DNA from: an uncultured Candidatus Saccharibacteria bacterium
Lineage (GTDB): Bacteria; Patescibacteriota; Minisyncoccia; RBG-13-40-8-A
Assembly (NCBI GenBank): GCA_965231075.1
Contig: OZ246412.1
Span: forward strand, 257,587-321,586
DNA: 64,000 bases
Direction: 5' to 3'
The number at the start of each line of letters is the position of its first letter. Positions within the stretch are counted from its first letter, which is position 1. The position numbers and the translations under genes were made by a program. Positions 1 to 9,717 of this stretch are shown here, one piece after another. The notes under the pieces are model-generated. The model was not told the DNA's origin. It worked only from the letters and a program-made list of their open reading frames with translations, and ran no database searches.

Positions 1-1503
1 CGGATCAGTTATAAACGTTTGAACCGTTGGCATTCTCTTTTCTTTCTCGATAAATCTAATATCAATATTAAATATTTTAAAATGATTTTTGATGTCTTTT
101 ATGAGATTAACAATTCTTTTGTCTTTCTCTATGACAACGGGAAACGCCCAATAATCATTTATGAATTTTAAACTCAACAAATCATCGTCTCCTATGATTG
201 CAAATCTTAAATACTCGGCAAAAGGATAGCGATTTTTCAGCAATCTGTATCTTCTGTCTCTAGATCGTTCATCACAAGGAAATTGATTCAACTTTTTATT
301 GGGCTTTATAGAAATTTTTTGTTTCAAAATTCGCGAAGAATAAGGCAAGGTAAAAGAAAAATTGAATAACTTTTTAATTCTCCCATTATTATCTATGGAA
401 ACGATACCATTATTTATAGACACCACAACAATTGGTGCCAAGTTATCAAAATCGGCAAAACTATTTTTCACAAAGTCATCTATATTGTTAGAATTTTGCA
501 AAACAGAGATTAGTCGAACAAAATCTATCTTAGAATACAGATAATGTTTTTTCCAGTAATCTGTTTTAGCCTTACCTGATGTTAACAGATCTAGAGGAAG
601 TAATTTTAAATAATCATTATATGATTTTTCAATACGATAATCATAGTGTAGACTCTTTAAGTCTTCTAATATTGTGCTTTTATCCTTTATTTTGTCAGAA
701 AATGTTTTTTCTACATAAAACCAATAATAGTTATTCTCTATTAATTTTAAAAAATAATCAATTAAATTTCTCGTCTGTTCTTTTCTAATTTTATGGTTTA
801 CGTGCACCACGGTTATGTTTTCCAGGGACGTCAAATTGAAATCATGTTTAAATAATTTAAACATCAGGTAGTCATCTTCGAATCCATAACCCTTAAAATC
901 GGGAAAGCCATTAGATTTTTTAAACACGTCCCTATTGCAAAAACCAAAATTGCCTATAAATGTTTTTGCTAATAAATTTTTGTTTGTGACGCCCCCCCTA
1001 TATGATATTGTTTCTGGAATACCCGATATTTTTTTCAATAAATCATTGTTACCATTTTCTAGATTTTCTAAAATAACCCTACTTTCTTTTTGAAATAAGA
1101 ACTGGTTTGTCCAAAGCCTTTCGGCTCCATATCCGTAATCAAATTCTTGAGATAATTTGTGTATTTTTGAAAATGCTTTTTCGTCTAAAATTATCGTATC
1201 GTCATCGATAAAGATTAACACATCTCCGGACGCTGCCTTAACGCCTTCGTTTCTTGCCGTGCCTCTGCTCACAAACGATTCATTGTTTATTATTTTGAAT
1301 TTAAACGGTATCTTTCTTTTGCTGTTCCAAAGACTAACCTTGTTTTTTATTTCATCTAAGTTTATATTTTTCTTATGGCTATTTTCAACCAAAATTATTT
1401 CTGCTGTATTCTCATAATTCTGGTTAAAAATCGAACAAAGACAATGAAAAACAGAATATCCTTTTTTGATATTAGAATTACAAGAAAGCACAATACAAGA
1501 CAT
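1..1503 (-). CDS. Glycosyltransferase family 2. It is partial because the C-terminus runs off the 5' edge of the window.
   Basis: Hand reverse-translation from ATG (rc of 1501-1503) gives MSCIVLSCNSNIKKGYSVFHC...IILVENSH...TARNEGVKAASGDVLIFIDDDTII with a DXD motif. No stop codon was found before position 1. The ORF track lists nothing here, probably because the frame is open to the window edge. Confidence 0.55.
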   Translation of the reverse strand, partial: MSCIVLSCNSNIKKGYSVFHCLCSIFNQNYENTAEIILVENSHKKNINLDEIKNKVSLWNSKRKIPFKFKIINNESFVSRGTARNEGVKAASGDVLIFIDDDTIILDEKAFSKIHKLSQEFDYGYGAERLWTNQFLFQKESRVILENLENGNNDLLKKISGIPETISYRGGVTNKNLLAKTFIGNFGFCNRDVFKKSNGFPDFKGYGFEDDYLMFKLFKHDFNLTSLENITVVHVNHKIRKEQTRNLIDYFLKLIENNYYWFYVEKTFSDKIKDKSTILEDLKSLHYDYRIEKSYNDYLKLLPLDLLTSGKAKTDYWKKHYLYSKIDFVRLISVLQNSNNIDDFVKNSFADFDNLAPIVVVSINNGIVSIDNNGRIKKLFNFSFTLPYSSRILKQKISIKPNKKLNQFPCDERSRDRRYRLLKNRYPFAEYLRFAIIGDDDLLSLKFINDYWAFPVVIEKDKRIVNLIKDIKNHFKIFNIDIRFIEKEKRMPTVQTFITDP

Positions 1504-1529
1504 TAAATTGCTCTTTTTGTTTTCAATAT

Positions 1530-2231
1530 TTATCTGCATGAAATTTTTCTCTTAAATAAAATAAATCTATTTATATACATAAACGGCACGTTTATCAGCC
1601 CCACCAACCACTTAACCGCTATTTGACCAATTATCAGTGGAAGTATTGGCATGATTCCCGCGAACGCCAAAGAAACAAAAATGACTGAATCTATAGCTAG
1701 TGCGGGAATGGAACTAAAAACGTTTCTCATCCACAAATGTTTTCCATCGGTTATCTTCTTAAGCCAAGCAAAAATTATAGCATCTAAGTTCTCGCTTATT
1801 AAAAAAGCAGCCCAACTAGCAATAGTGATCCTGGGTACCAATAAAAATATTTTTTGCCACGAATCTTGCATGTTCCAAAATGATGCTGGTGGCAAAATAC
1901 TTCCCAACCAAAAAAATAAAACCATCGCTACCTGACAAATAAAAGCGATCAAAACCATCTTATGGACTTCCCTTCTACCAAATTTTTCATTAACAATATC
2001 GGTTAATAGATACGTAACAGAAAATACCAAGATTCCGCTTGGCGAAGTGAATATTTTAAATCCTAAATTAAATACGGAAATTTTAATGGCTAAAATTTGT
2101 GCAATCAGGATAAAGCTAACATATAAAGCAATCAACAAATCGGGCTTATTTAGTTTTTTTGCATACCAACTGCCCAACAAGGTAAAACTTGTTATACCGA
2201 CTATCCAAATAATTATAATCTGAATTGGCAT
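1530..2231 (-). CDS. Multi-pass membrane protein of the YhhQ/DUF165 type, a putative queuosine-precursor transporter.
   Basis: 233 aa and hydrophobic throughout. The resemblance to the YhhQ (VUT) family in size and profile is my recollection, not an alignment. Confidence 0.45.
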   Translation of the reverse strand: MPIQIIIIWIVGITSFTLLGSWYAKKLNKPDLLIALYVSFILIAQILAIKISVFNLGFKIFTSPSGILVFSVTYLLTDIVNEKFGRREVHKMVLIAFICQVAMVLFFWLGSILPPASFWNMQDSWQKIFLLVPRITIASWAAFLISENLDAIIFAWLKKITDGKHLWMRNVFSSIPALAIDSVIFVSLAFAGIMPILPLIIGQIAVKWLVGLINVPFMYINRFILFKRKISCR

Positions 2232-2401
2232 AAACTTATTTTTTATTGATTTATTTATAGTACTCCGAATAAGTCGGAAGCTTTATCGTAAACTCAAACG
2301 GTATCAATTTTACATTATCATCACTTAAGCAATGTCTATTAGTGTCCCAACTATGCCGATGGATAGTGACATGGTGTCTTAATCCTATCTAAAATTAATC
2401 T

Positions 2402-3610
2402 TTATTTCAAATATTTTCTATTCTTTAATTTTTCCGGTAAATATTCTTGTTTTTCTTGATAATTAAAATCGGGACTATATTTATAGTTTTTGCCGTAGTT
2501 TAAATCTTTCATTAATTTGGTTGGCGCGTTTCTGATATGCAATGGCACTGGTAAATTTCCCAAATCACGCACGTCTTGCATCGCTTTTTCGTAAGCCGTG
2601 TACAATTCGTTAGATTTCTTGCATTTTGCCATATACACCACTGCTTGTGCTAAAATCACTCCGCATTCTGGCATTCCAATATAATGACAAGCATTATATG
2701 CGTCTACGGCCTGGTTTAAGGCCAAAGAATTGGCTAATCCCACATCTTCTGACGCAAATCGAATTATTCTGCGCGCAATATAGAGCGGATCTTCCCCGCC
2801 TTCCAACATTCTGCAAAGCCAATAAATTGCTGCATTGGCATCCGATCCGCGCATGGATTTATGAAGCGCGGAAATAATGTTGTAATGTTCATCACCACCC
2901 TTATCGTACAAAAGGTGCGATTTTTGAAATGATTCTTTAATAATTTCCGGAGTAATATTTTTCGATAAAGACGAGGCATATTCCAAAACATTCAAGGCGG
3001 TTCTGGCATCCCCGTTAGACATGTGCGCCAACAAATCAATTGTTTTTTTGTCTGTTTTTAATTTAAAATAACCCAAGCCCCTTTCTTTATTTTTAATTGC
3101 GCCATTGATAATTTTAATTAAATTTTCTTTACTTAATTGTTTTAAGACAAAAACCCTACACCTAGACAATAAAGCTCCTACAACCTCAAAACTAGGATTT
3201 TCAGTGGTCGCGCCAATTAAAATAATCCTGCCACTTTCCACGTCTGGCAACAATGCATCTTGTTGCTTTTTGTTCCAGCGATGAATTTCGTCAATAAAAA
3301 GAATGGTTTTCTTGCCCAAACGTTCGTTTTGTTTGGCAATTTCGACAATTTCACGCAATTCTTTTAACCCAGTATCAACAGCGCTAATTTTTTTAAAATC
3401 AGATTTTGTGGTCTTGGCAATAATATACGCCAAGGTTGTTTTCCCGCTTCCCGGGGGTCCCCAAAAAATCATAGAAGGCAATTGATCTAACTCAATCGCT
3501 TTTCTTAATAATTTATTGTCGCCAATAACTTCTTCTTGACCCAAAAATTGATCCAGTGTTTCTGGTCGCATTCTATCGGCTAATGGATTTAAAAAGTGTT
3601 TTTTCTCCAT
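2402..3610 (-). CDS. rarA: Replication-associated recombination protein A (AAA+ ATPase RarA/MgsA).
   Basis: Walker A GPPGSGKTT and Walker B ILFIDEIHRWNK are present. The C-terminal MgsA helical domain and the 402 aa length fit RarA. Confidence 0.9.
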   Translation of the reverse strand: MEKKHFLNPLADRMRPETLDQFLGQEEVIGDNKLLRKAIELDQLPSMIFWGPPGSGKTTLAYIIAKTTKSDFKKISAVDTGLKELREIVEIAKQNERLGKKTILFIDEIHRWNKKQQDALLPDVESGRIILIGATTENPSFEVVGALLSRCRVFVLKQLSKENLIKIINGAIKNKERGLGYFKLKTDKKTIDLLAHMSNGDARTALNVLEYASSLSKNITPEIIKESFQKSHLLYDKGGDEHYNIISALHKSMRGSDANAAIYWLCRMLEGGEDPLYIARRIIRFASEDVGLANSLALNQAVDAYNACHYIGMPECGVILAQAVVYMAKCKKSNELYTAYEKAMQDVRDLGNLPVPLHIRNAPTKLMKDLNYGKNYKYSPDFNYQEKQEYLPEKLKNRKYLK

Positions 3611-3697
3611 GTTTTTATTATAACAAAATCTTTAATAAACGCTAATTAAAAATTTCGGAATTTTATTTCCGAAATTTTTAAATTAAACAATTAAATT

Positions 3698-4078
3698 TTA
3701 TTTATTTCTGCCTAAACCACACTTACCACTTCCAGGATTACTACACGAACAATTTGTTTTTGAACGAATTTCATTTTTTAGTCCTTGCATTTTTTCTTGC
3801 ATTTTTTCTCTATATTGTTCTAAGTTTAATCCTGATTTTTCGATGATATCTCTCATGGTTTCACCGTTACTAAGTCGAGTTTTGATTTGATCAACGGTTA
3901 ATCCCAAAATTTGTGCTTTATATTCAATCATTCCTAATTTGCCTACTTTCAGACCATTAGCACATTGACCGTTGCAACCACACCCACAAGAAGCAGCATT
4001 GGCGCTATTAACACCGAAAAGCCCAACTGTGGTCAAAATTGCAACTATTGCTAATAATGGCATAATAACTTTTTTCAT
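3698..4078 (-). CDS. Small secreted cysteine-rich protein.
   Basis: An N-terminal signal peptide is followed by CGCGCNGQC, with a C-terminal CSCSNPGSGKCG. It sits downstream of the sigma/anti-sigma pair. An AT-rich hairpin terminator lies at 3650-3690. Confidence 0.4.
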   Translation of the reverse strand: MKKVIMPLLAIVAILTTVGLFGVNSANAASCGCGCNGQCANGLKVGKLGMIEYKAQILGLTVDQIKTRLSNGETMRDIIEKSGLNLEQYREKMQEKMQGLKNEIRSKTNCSCSNPGSGKCGLGRNK

Positions 4079-4149
4079 TTTTATTTTTATGTACTCATTA
4101 TTAAATTATTTTTCGACCTTATGATATATATTACACGGTCGAAAATAAT

Positions 4150-4860
4150 TTATTTCAATTTAATTGGAGCGTTATTACAGCCACCGCAACCACAATTTAA
4201 TTTTTGAAAAGAAGAAATATTAATTATCTCTTTATTGTCTTTTCTGCCTCTAAAAATAATTCTATCGCCCCGTTCTAGTTCTTTCTCTCCCAATTTAAAA
4301 GATGCAGAAGGAATGATCGTATAAATAATTTCTCCGTTAATGTCTTGAATTTTAATTTCGTTTTCATTAATTTCGATAATCTCCCCCTTAAAGGTATTAG
4401 GTGTTCTAAGATTATATTCTTGGGGTAGACCGCAAGACAAGGTTTTTTGTATGGGGTGTTTGTGAATTATAAATCCAAAACCAACAGCTAAAACAACGAC
4501 CAATAAAAACGAATAAATTAACGGTCGTTTATAGGTGAAATGAAATTTTCTGATAATTTTTTCAACAACATAAATTAAGATTAATAATAAAACTATTAGA
4601 ATTAGTGGTATGGTGTGGAAAAAGTCTAATAATCCCGTTAGTCCCGATCTTAACAAAAATTTTGCGCCGTTATTTTCAAAATAGAAAATACTGTAACTTG
4701 TTAAATAAGTTATTAAAACAAAAAGTAAAATCGCCACGACAATTAATAGTACAGATTTTAGGACAAAATAAACTCTAGGATGCATTTTAATCTCTCCTTT
4801 TTTTATTTCGTTTAAAATACTATTTTTTATTGAATTTTTTTCTTGGTCGTTATTGTTCAT
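4150..4860 (-). CDS. Membrane protein, putatively an anti-sigma factor.
   Basis: About four transmembrane helices. Its start overlaps the stop of the ECF sigma gene by 11 nt, implying translational coupling. The C-terminus carries a CGCGGC motif. Confidence 0.35.
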   Translation of the reverse strand: MNNNDQEKNSIKNSILNEIKKGEIKMHPRVYFVLKSVLLIVVAILLFVLITYLTSYSIFYFENNGAKFLLRSGLTGLLDFFHTIPLILIVLLLILIYVVEKIIRKFHFTYKRPLIYSFLLVVVLAVGFGFIIHKHPIQKTLSCGLPQEYNLRTPNTFKGEIIEINENEIKIQDINGEIIYTIIPSASFKLGEKELERGDRIIFRGRKDNKEIINISSFQKLNCGCGGCNNAPIKLK

Positions 4861-5416
4861 AGTCTATATGATTATTATTACAATATAATTTTAACATTTC
4901 TTTGCCTCTTTTCAGTCTTACGCCTACTGTTGAAACCGGAACCTGCATAATATCAGAAATTTCTTTATAGTCCATCTCTTCCAGATAATAAAGCATTAAA
5001 ACCTCACGATACTTTGGCGATATTTTTTCCAAACACTGATCAAGAATTTTCTTAGTTTCATCGTCTCTTGCGCTGCGATCTGTTTTTTCGCCAGAAATAG
5101 GATGAGGGAAAATTGTATCGGGATCAAAAAACGGTAATGGTAACCTATCCTTTTTTCTTAAAACATTAATTAATTCATTGTGTGCAATCCTATATATCCA
5201 TGGTGAGAATCGTTTATCGGGATCAAAACTTTTAATGTTAGAATAGGTTTTAATAAAAATTTCTTGTATTACGTCCTTAATGTCTTCGATGTTGCTTAAA
5301 AATTTCCGTGCATATCTTCTTAATTTCTCTTCATATCTTTCAATTAAAATTCCAAACGACTCACTGTCGCCATCTTGCACTATTTTAACAATTTCCTCGT
5401 CCGTGCGGTTGTCCAT
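4850..5416 (-). CDS. ECF-type RNA polymerase sigma-70 family factor.
   Basis: Region 2 (FSPWIYRIAHNELINVLRK) and region 4 (YREVLMLYYLEEMDYKEISDIMQVPVSTVGVRLKRGKEML) are both present. Confidence 0.8.
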   Translation of the reverse strand: MDNRTDEEIVKIVQDGDSESFGILIERYEEKLRRYARKFLSNIEDIKDVIQEIFIKTYSNIKSFDPDKRFSPWIYRIAHNELINVLRKKDRLPLPFFDPDTIFPHPISGEKTDRSARDDETKKILDQCLEKISPKYREVLMLYYLEEMDYKEISDIMQVPVSTVGVRLKRGKEMLKLYCNNNHIDYEQ

Positions 5417-5493
5417 ACTATTAAATATTATACATCAAATTAAAAACATTTATTTCAATTGATGAAAGCGTAAAATTTTTATATAATAATATC

Positions 5494-6504
5494 ATGTTAA
5501 AGAAAAACAATAAATTAATCTTATGGATTGCTCTGGTTTTGTTTGTTGTGGCAATTTATACTTTTTTATGTTGGTGGGTTTTTAACGAAAACCTATCTAG
5601 AATTAATTATAAAAGATTTAATGACTGTAAGGGCGTTTATAGTTTGATTAATCCAGAGATAGCTTGTATCGTTTCGTCTCACGAAAACTATCTTGAAAAA
5701 AATGTGATTATTGAATCCAAGATAAAAAGTTTTATTGACTACTCAACGAGAAATAAAAAGGCCAATAATGTCTCGGTGTTTATTCGCGATTTAAGCACGA
5801 AACAATGGATTGGTATAAATGAGAATGTAAACTTTGCCCCTGCCAGTTTATTAAAGTTGCCGTTGTTGATTGCGTATTATAAACTATCAGAAATAGAGCC
5901 AGATATTTTTTATCAGAAAAATATTTATAACGGACCGTCAGAATTTAACGATAAAATGCAAAATATTAAACCTGAAAAAACCCTTGAACCGGGCAAAGAG
6001 TATACCATCGAAGAGTTGCTGTATCGAATGATCGTATATTCGGATAATAATGCTCTAGAATTTCTATTTAAACTAATAGATAATAATTTTGTTAATAAGG
6101 TTTTTATCGACTTAGGTATATATGTTCCAACATCAAGTAATCTTGAAACAAAATTTTTATCATCTAAAACTTACGGGGGAATACTTAGAGCTCTGTTTAA
6201 TTCCAACTATCTTAAGCCACAAAATTCGGAGAAAGTATTAGATCTTTTAACAAAAACCACCTTTAACGACGGACTAAAAGCGGGCGTACCTAAAGAAATT
6301 AAAATCGCACATAAATTTGGAGAAAGAAGGTTGGTAGATCAAGAAAACAATACGGTGAGTCAGAATTTATATGATTGTGGTATTGTTTACGGTCCATCAA
6401 GTTCTTATATTTTATGTGTCATGACAAATGGCTCTAATCTTGGCAATCTTAAAGAAATTATTAAAAACATATCACAAATTACATATCAAGAGTTCAATAA
6501 ATAA
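5494..6504 (+). CDS. Serine hydrolase related to class A beta-lactamases.
   Basis: An N-terminal transmembrane anchor is followed by an SxxK motif (ASLLK), an SDN motif (YSDN) and a KTG-like HKFGE. Confidence 0.5.
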   Translation: MLKKNNKLILWIALVLFVVAIYTFLCWWVFNENLSRINYKRFNDCKGVYSLINPEIACIVSSHENYLEKNVIIESKIKSFIDYSTRNKKANNVSVFIRDLSTKQWIGINENVNFAPASLLKLPLLIAYYKLSEIEPDIFYQKNIYNGPSEFNDKMQNIKPEKTLEPGKEYTIEELLYRMIVYSDNNALEFLFKLIDNNFVNKVFIDLGIYVPTSSNLETKFLSSKTYGGILRALFNSNYLKPQNSEKVLDLLTKTTFNDGLKAGVPKEIKIAHKFGERRLVDQENNTVSQNLYDCGIVYGPSSSYILCVMTNGSNLGNLKEIIKNISQITYQEFNK

Positions 6505-6532
6505 AAACACTAAACACCATAACAAAACAAGC

Positions 6533-7507
6533 CTATTCAAGGCTTGTTTTTTGTTTAATTATGTTTCTCAGTATTCTCTCAATTTCGTTGGTGTTTATAT
6601 TTTTTGTTGTGGAAATTGCGACGGCATTTTTGCCAATAGCTTTTAGTTTTCCTATTTTTAAATCAATTTCTTCTTGGCTCAATAAATCAACTTTACTTAA
6701 AAAAACATATTCTGGTTTGCTTAACAATTCTTTGTTATGGGCCTTTAATTCGTTTCTAACAACCTGATAATCTATGGTTGGCTCAATCGATTCTGCAGAA
6801 ATGATATGAAAAAGAATTTTGGTGCGTTCAATGTGACGCAAAAATTTAATTCCTAATCCCTTGCCCTTTGAGGCGCCCTCAATTAATCCAGGAATGTCGG
6901 CCAAGATCAGCTCGTAATAGACGCCAAGATTCGGCTCAAGAGTTGTAAACGCATAATTGGCCACTTTGCTTTTGGAATTAGTTAATTGATTTAATAAACT
7001 TGATTTGCCGACATTGGGTAGGCCAATTAGTCCAACATCAGCAATTAATTTGAGTTCCAGGCGTAATTCAAATTCTTCCCCCGGGGTTCCGTTTTCAAAT
7101 TCTTTGGGGCTAGTGTTTTTTGAGGAACGAAATTTAAAATTTCCCCTTCCACCCTTACCACCTCTAGCAATTAATAATTTTTGGCCAATAGAAACAATTT
7201 CTGCGTCTTTTTGGGTAGATAAATTATGAATTATCGTGCCAACGGGAACCTTTAAAATTAAATCTTCGCCATTTGCTCCATCGTTAAGTTGTGCTTTCCC
7301 TCTTTGTCCATCCTTAGCTTTGAGGTTTTTGTTGTGTTGAAACTGTCCCAGCGCGCTTAAATCAGATACGCCCTCAATATAAACATTGCCACCATTACCG
7401 CCACTTGAACCAGTTGGACCAAGCGACATTTTGGTGGTATTAAACGCGACAATCCCATCTCCGCCCTTCCCCGCGCTTACTTTAATTTTTACATCATCAA
7501 CCAACAT
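6533..7507 (-). CDS. obg: GTPase Obg.
   Basis: The N-terminal Obg fold (GKGGDGIVAFN, glycine-rich) is followed by a GTPase domain with GLPNVGKSSLLN and DIPGLIEGA. Confidence 0.9.
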   Translation of the reverse strand: MLVDDVKIKVSAGKGGDGIVAFNTTKMSLGPTGSSGGNGGNVYIEGVSDLSALGQFQHNKNLKAKDGQRGKAQLNDGANGEDLILKVPVGTIIHNLSTQKDAEIVSIGQKLLIARGGKGGRGNFKFRSSKNTSPKEFENGTPGEEFELRLELKLIADVGLIGLPNVGKSSLLNQLTNSKSKVANYAFTTLEPNLGVYYELILADIPGLIEGASKGKGLGIKFLRHIERTKILFHIISAESIEPTIDYQVVRNELKAHNKELLSKPEYVFLSKVDLLSQEEIDLKIGKLKAIGKNAVAISTTKNINTNEIERILRNIIKQKTSLE

Positions 7508-7514
7508 ATGTTGA

Positions 7515-7772
7515 TTATTTTTTAATTGTAATCTTTTTAATTCGTGAAATCTCGAGAGGAATTAATTCTCCTAATTCGCCATCATCGGTAACGTAGGTCA
7601 TATACGCAACGTCTCCGACAATTTTATCGATTATTAAATCTAATGTTTCCCCTTTTTCGCCTTCTATTGTCAAATCTACGTGCAAATTTTCTAATTTTGC
7701 CTCAATCATTGTTGCCCTAATCTGTTCGGGCGTTTGTTCAGGGTTATTAAATTTTTCTTTAATTTCTTTCAT
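7515..7772 (-). CDS. Hypothetical protein.
   Basis: An 85 aa ORF with no recognisable motif. It is closely spaced with obg. Confidence 0.3.
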   Translation of the reverse strand: MKEIKEKFNNPEQTPEQIRATMIEAKLENLHVDLTIEGEKGETLDLIIDKIVGDVAYMTYVTDDGELGELIPLEISRIKKITIKK

Positions 7773-7776
7773 AATT

Positions 7777-8199
7777 TTATACTTTACTTACAATTTTTGA
7801 GAAATCTCCATTAAGAATAATTGGTGACATTGCCTCTATTTCGTCTCGATAACCGACGTTAGGAATTTCGTGTAAAAGATAAATCGGCTTATTTAAAACA
7901 AAGGCAAAGCCCATTTCTAGAAACGAATTACCACCAATATAACCCTTGATTCCTTTTTTCTCTACATTAATAACAAGGATCGCTTCACCATTTTTTATTT
8001 TTTCAAAATAACCGCGAATTAAATCATGTTCAACTTTATTTCTTGCTGATTCTGCGTGCATTTTATCAATGGTGTCCATCGCGGCATACTCATGTGTAAA
8101 ATCAGGCAAAACGATCTCATGCCCAAGTTCTTTGAGCTTTTTCTCTGCCTCCGTCATCTCTTTTGAGGCGGTCATGCTTCCGCAAATAACAATTTTCAT
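7777..8199 (-). CDS. Nucleoside 2-deoxyribosyltransferase-like protein.
   Basis: The MKIVICGSM N-terminus is typical of the 2-deoxyribosyltransferase/DNPH1 fold. Its neighbours are nucleotide pool-sanitising enzymes. Confidence 0.35.
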   Translation of the reverse strand: MKIVICGSMTASKEMTEAEKKLKELGHEIVLPDFTHEYAAMDTIDKMHAESARNKVEHDLIRGYFEKIKNGEAILVINVEKKGIKGYIGGNSFLEMGFAFVLNKPIYLLHEIPNVGYRDEIEAMSPIILNGDFSKIVSKV

Positions 8200-8212
8200 T
8201 TTATGTTTTAAA

Positions 8213-8797
8213 TTAATTAGTTAATACTTCCGACAAAACCGAAACAATCGCGTCTACAAGAAGTTCTTTCCTTGATATCTTGCCGTTAGTCAGGGTTGAA
8301 TGTGGATCGGTTTCGGAACCGCCTAATTTTTCAGCTACAATAGATCCAGCAGTGGTAGTTTCGAATCCCCTCAATCGAGCCTCTTCTATGGCGTATTTGG
8401 GAAATTCAATACCAGCAGACGTACCCATGAAACTTTTTCCGTCTGGAGTTAAAACAATTACAACGGCCAAATCGATAAATTTATCGTCTATCGGAATAAT
8501 TCCGCTTTCTATACCCATCGCAAACATCTTATTGTTTTCTTTCTGTGAGTTTTTCGCCCTGTTTAATGCGCCCCTGTACGTTTCTTCAAGACCATACGGT
8601 TGTTCGTTTATTTCGGATTTTGCAGAAACTCCTTTAATTTCAACCTTAATACCAATTTTTGCACAAGCTTCTTTAACGGCATCTATTTTGTGCACACTTG
8701 TACTTCCCAGCACCAAACCAACCTCAAATTTTTCTTTTGCTTCTTTATTGGTATTTATATTTAAATCTTTTTCTCTTATCATATTATTTTTTCTCAT
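8213..8797 (-). CDS. Inosine/xanthosine triphosphatase of the YjjX family.
   Basis: SEINEQPYGLEETYRGALNRAKN matches E. coli YjjX [23 protein letters not shown], as does the N-terminal VGLVLGSTSVHKIDAV. The true start is probably a few codons downstream of the ORF start. Confidence 0.7.
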   Translation of the reverse strand: MRKNNMIREKDLNINTNKEAKEKFEVGLVLGSTSVHKIDAVKEACAKIGIKVEIKGVSAKSEINEQPYGLEETYRGALNRAKNSQKENNKMFAMGIESGIIPIDDKFIDLAVVIVLTPDGKSFMGTSAGIEFPKYAIEEARLRGFETTTAGSIVAEKLGGSETDPHSTLTNGKISRKELLVDAIVSVLSEVLTN

Positions 8798-9098
8798 ATC
8801 GATTGCCGTCTCGGTTATAACATTTATCTATGACCTTTTGAAACGCCTCACCGAGATCTATCTCTTTAGAATTGGCCAAACAACAAAGGGTAAAAATTAT
8901 ATCACCCATTTCATCTGCCATTTCTTTGGTTTGTTCTTCGGGTTTTTTCTTTTTCGGACCATATAAATGATTAATTTCTCTCGCTAATTCGCCAGTTTCT
9001 TCCATCAATCGTGCCAAAATTTCTAATGGCTGAAAATAACCTATTTTATATTGGTTCACCCATTCATCAACTTGTTTTTGTATGTCTTTTAGTTCCAT
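8784..9098 (-). CDS. MazG-like nucleotide pyrophosphohydrolase.
   Basis: MazG EExxE motifs are present in EETGELAREINHLYG and EMADEMGDIIF. The length is 104 aa. Confidence 0.7.
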   Translation of the reverse strand: MELKDIQKQVDEWVNQYKIGYFQPLEILARLMEETGELAREINHLYGPKKKKPEEQTKEMADEMGDIIFTLCCLANSKEIDLGEAFQKVIDKCYNRDGNRYEKK

Positions 9099-9122
9099 AA
9101 AATTTATTTAATTAGTGTGTTA

Positions 9123-9404
9123 TTAAAACGGCTTTTGAATATTGGCTTCGTCAACAATAATACCGCGAGAAGCAATAGTGGCGGCTATTTTTTCGCGAAA
9201 CTCTGACATGGAAACGGTCCCTCCTCGAACGCCAGTCAGAATAAGATACCCATCTTCTTTAGCTAAATTTAGCCCGTGCGCTACCACTCCCATATTAAAA
9301 CCCAATTGGATCCTTCTTTCTTCCGATAAATCAGCCCAACTATTAACTCGTGAAAATCGTAACACTTGTTCGCACCCATGTCTTAAAAATTCTTTTTCCG
9401 TCAT
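9123..9404 (-). CDS. Hypothetical protein.
   Basis: 93 aa. Its stop overlaps the start of the upstream gene, consistent with coupled expression. Confidence 0.3.
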   Translation of the reverse strand: MTEKEFLRHGCEQVLRFSRVNSWADLSEERRIQLGFNMGVVAHGLNLAKEDGYLILTGVRGGTVSMSEFREKIAATIASRGIIVDEANIQKPF

Positions 9405-9712
9405 AAATTTATTTTTTTACCCCTTTCTTCTGCCATTTTTTTAAATTCTTCGCCCTTTTTTAATGCACATTCGGCACAATAACAATTCCCCTCAATAAAC
9501 CACTTTGCCATGCCCCCACATCTTTCTATTTGGCAGGGTGGGGCTTGATCCGCTTTTTCGTATTCCGATACGCTCCAGCCTTGATTTTGCAATTCTTTCA
9601 TTGATCGTTTTAGTTCTCTCCTTTGTTTATTGGTCAATTTCAATTCATTAAACCAAAATTCGTCAGATTTAACGTCCGGCTCTTTGGGTTCAATTGTTGG
9701 TTCTTTGTCCAT
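9401..9712 (-). CDS. Hypothetical protein with a cysteine cluster.
   Basis: CQIERCGG...CYCAEC suggests a zinc ribbon. Confidence 0.3.
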   Translation of the reverse strand: MDKEPTIEPKEPDVKSDEFWFNELKLTNKQRRELKRSMKELQNQGWSVSEYEKADQAPPCQIERCGGMAKWFIEGNCYCAECALKKGEEFKKMAEERGKKINL

Positions 9713-9717
9713 AAAAT

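Noticed and set aside
8280-8966. A 228-aa plus-strand ORF.
   Set aside because: It is fully antisense to the well-supported yjjX and mazG genes, with a low-complexity hydrophobic translation.
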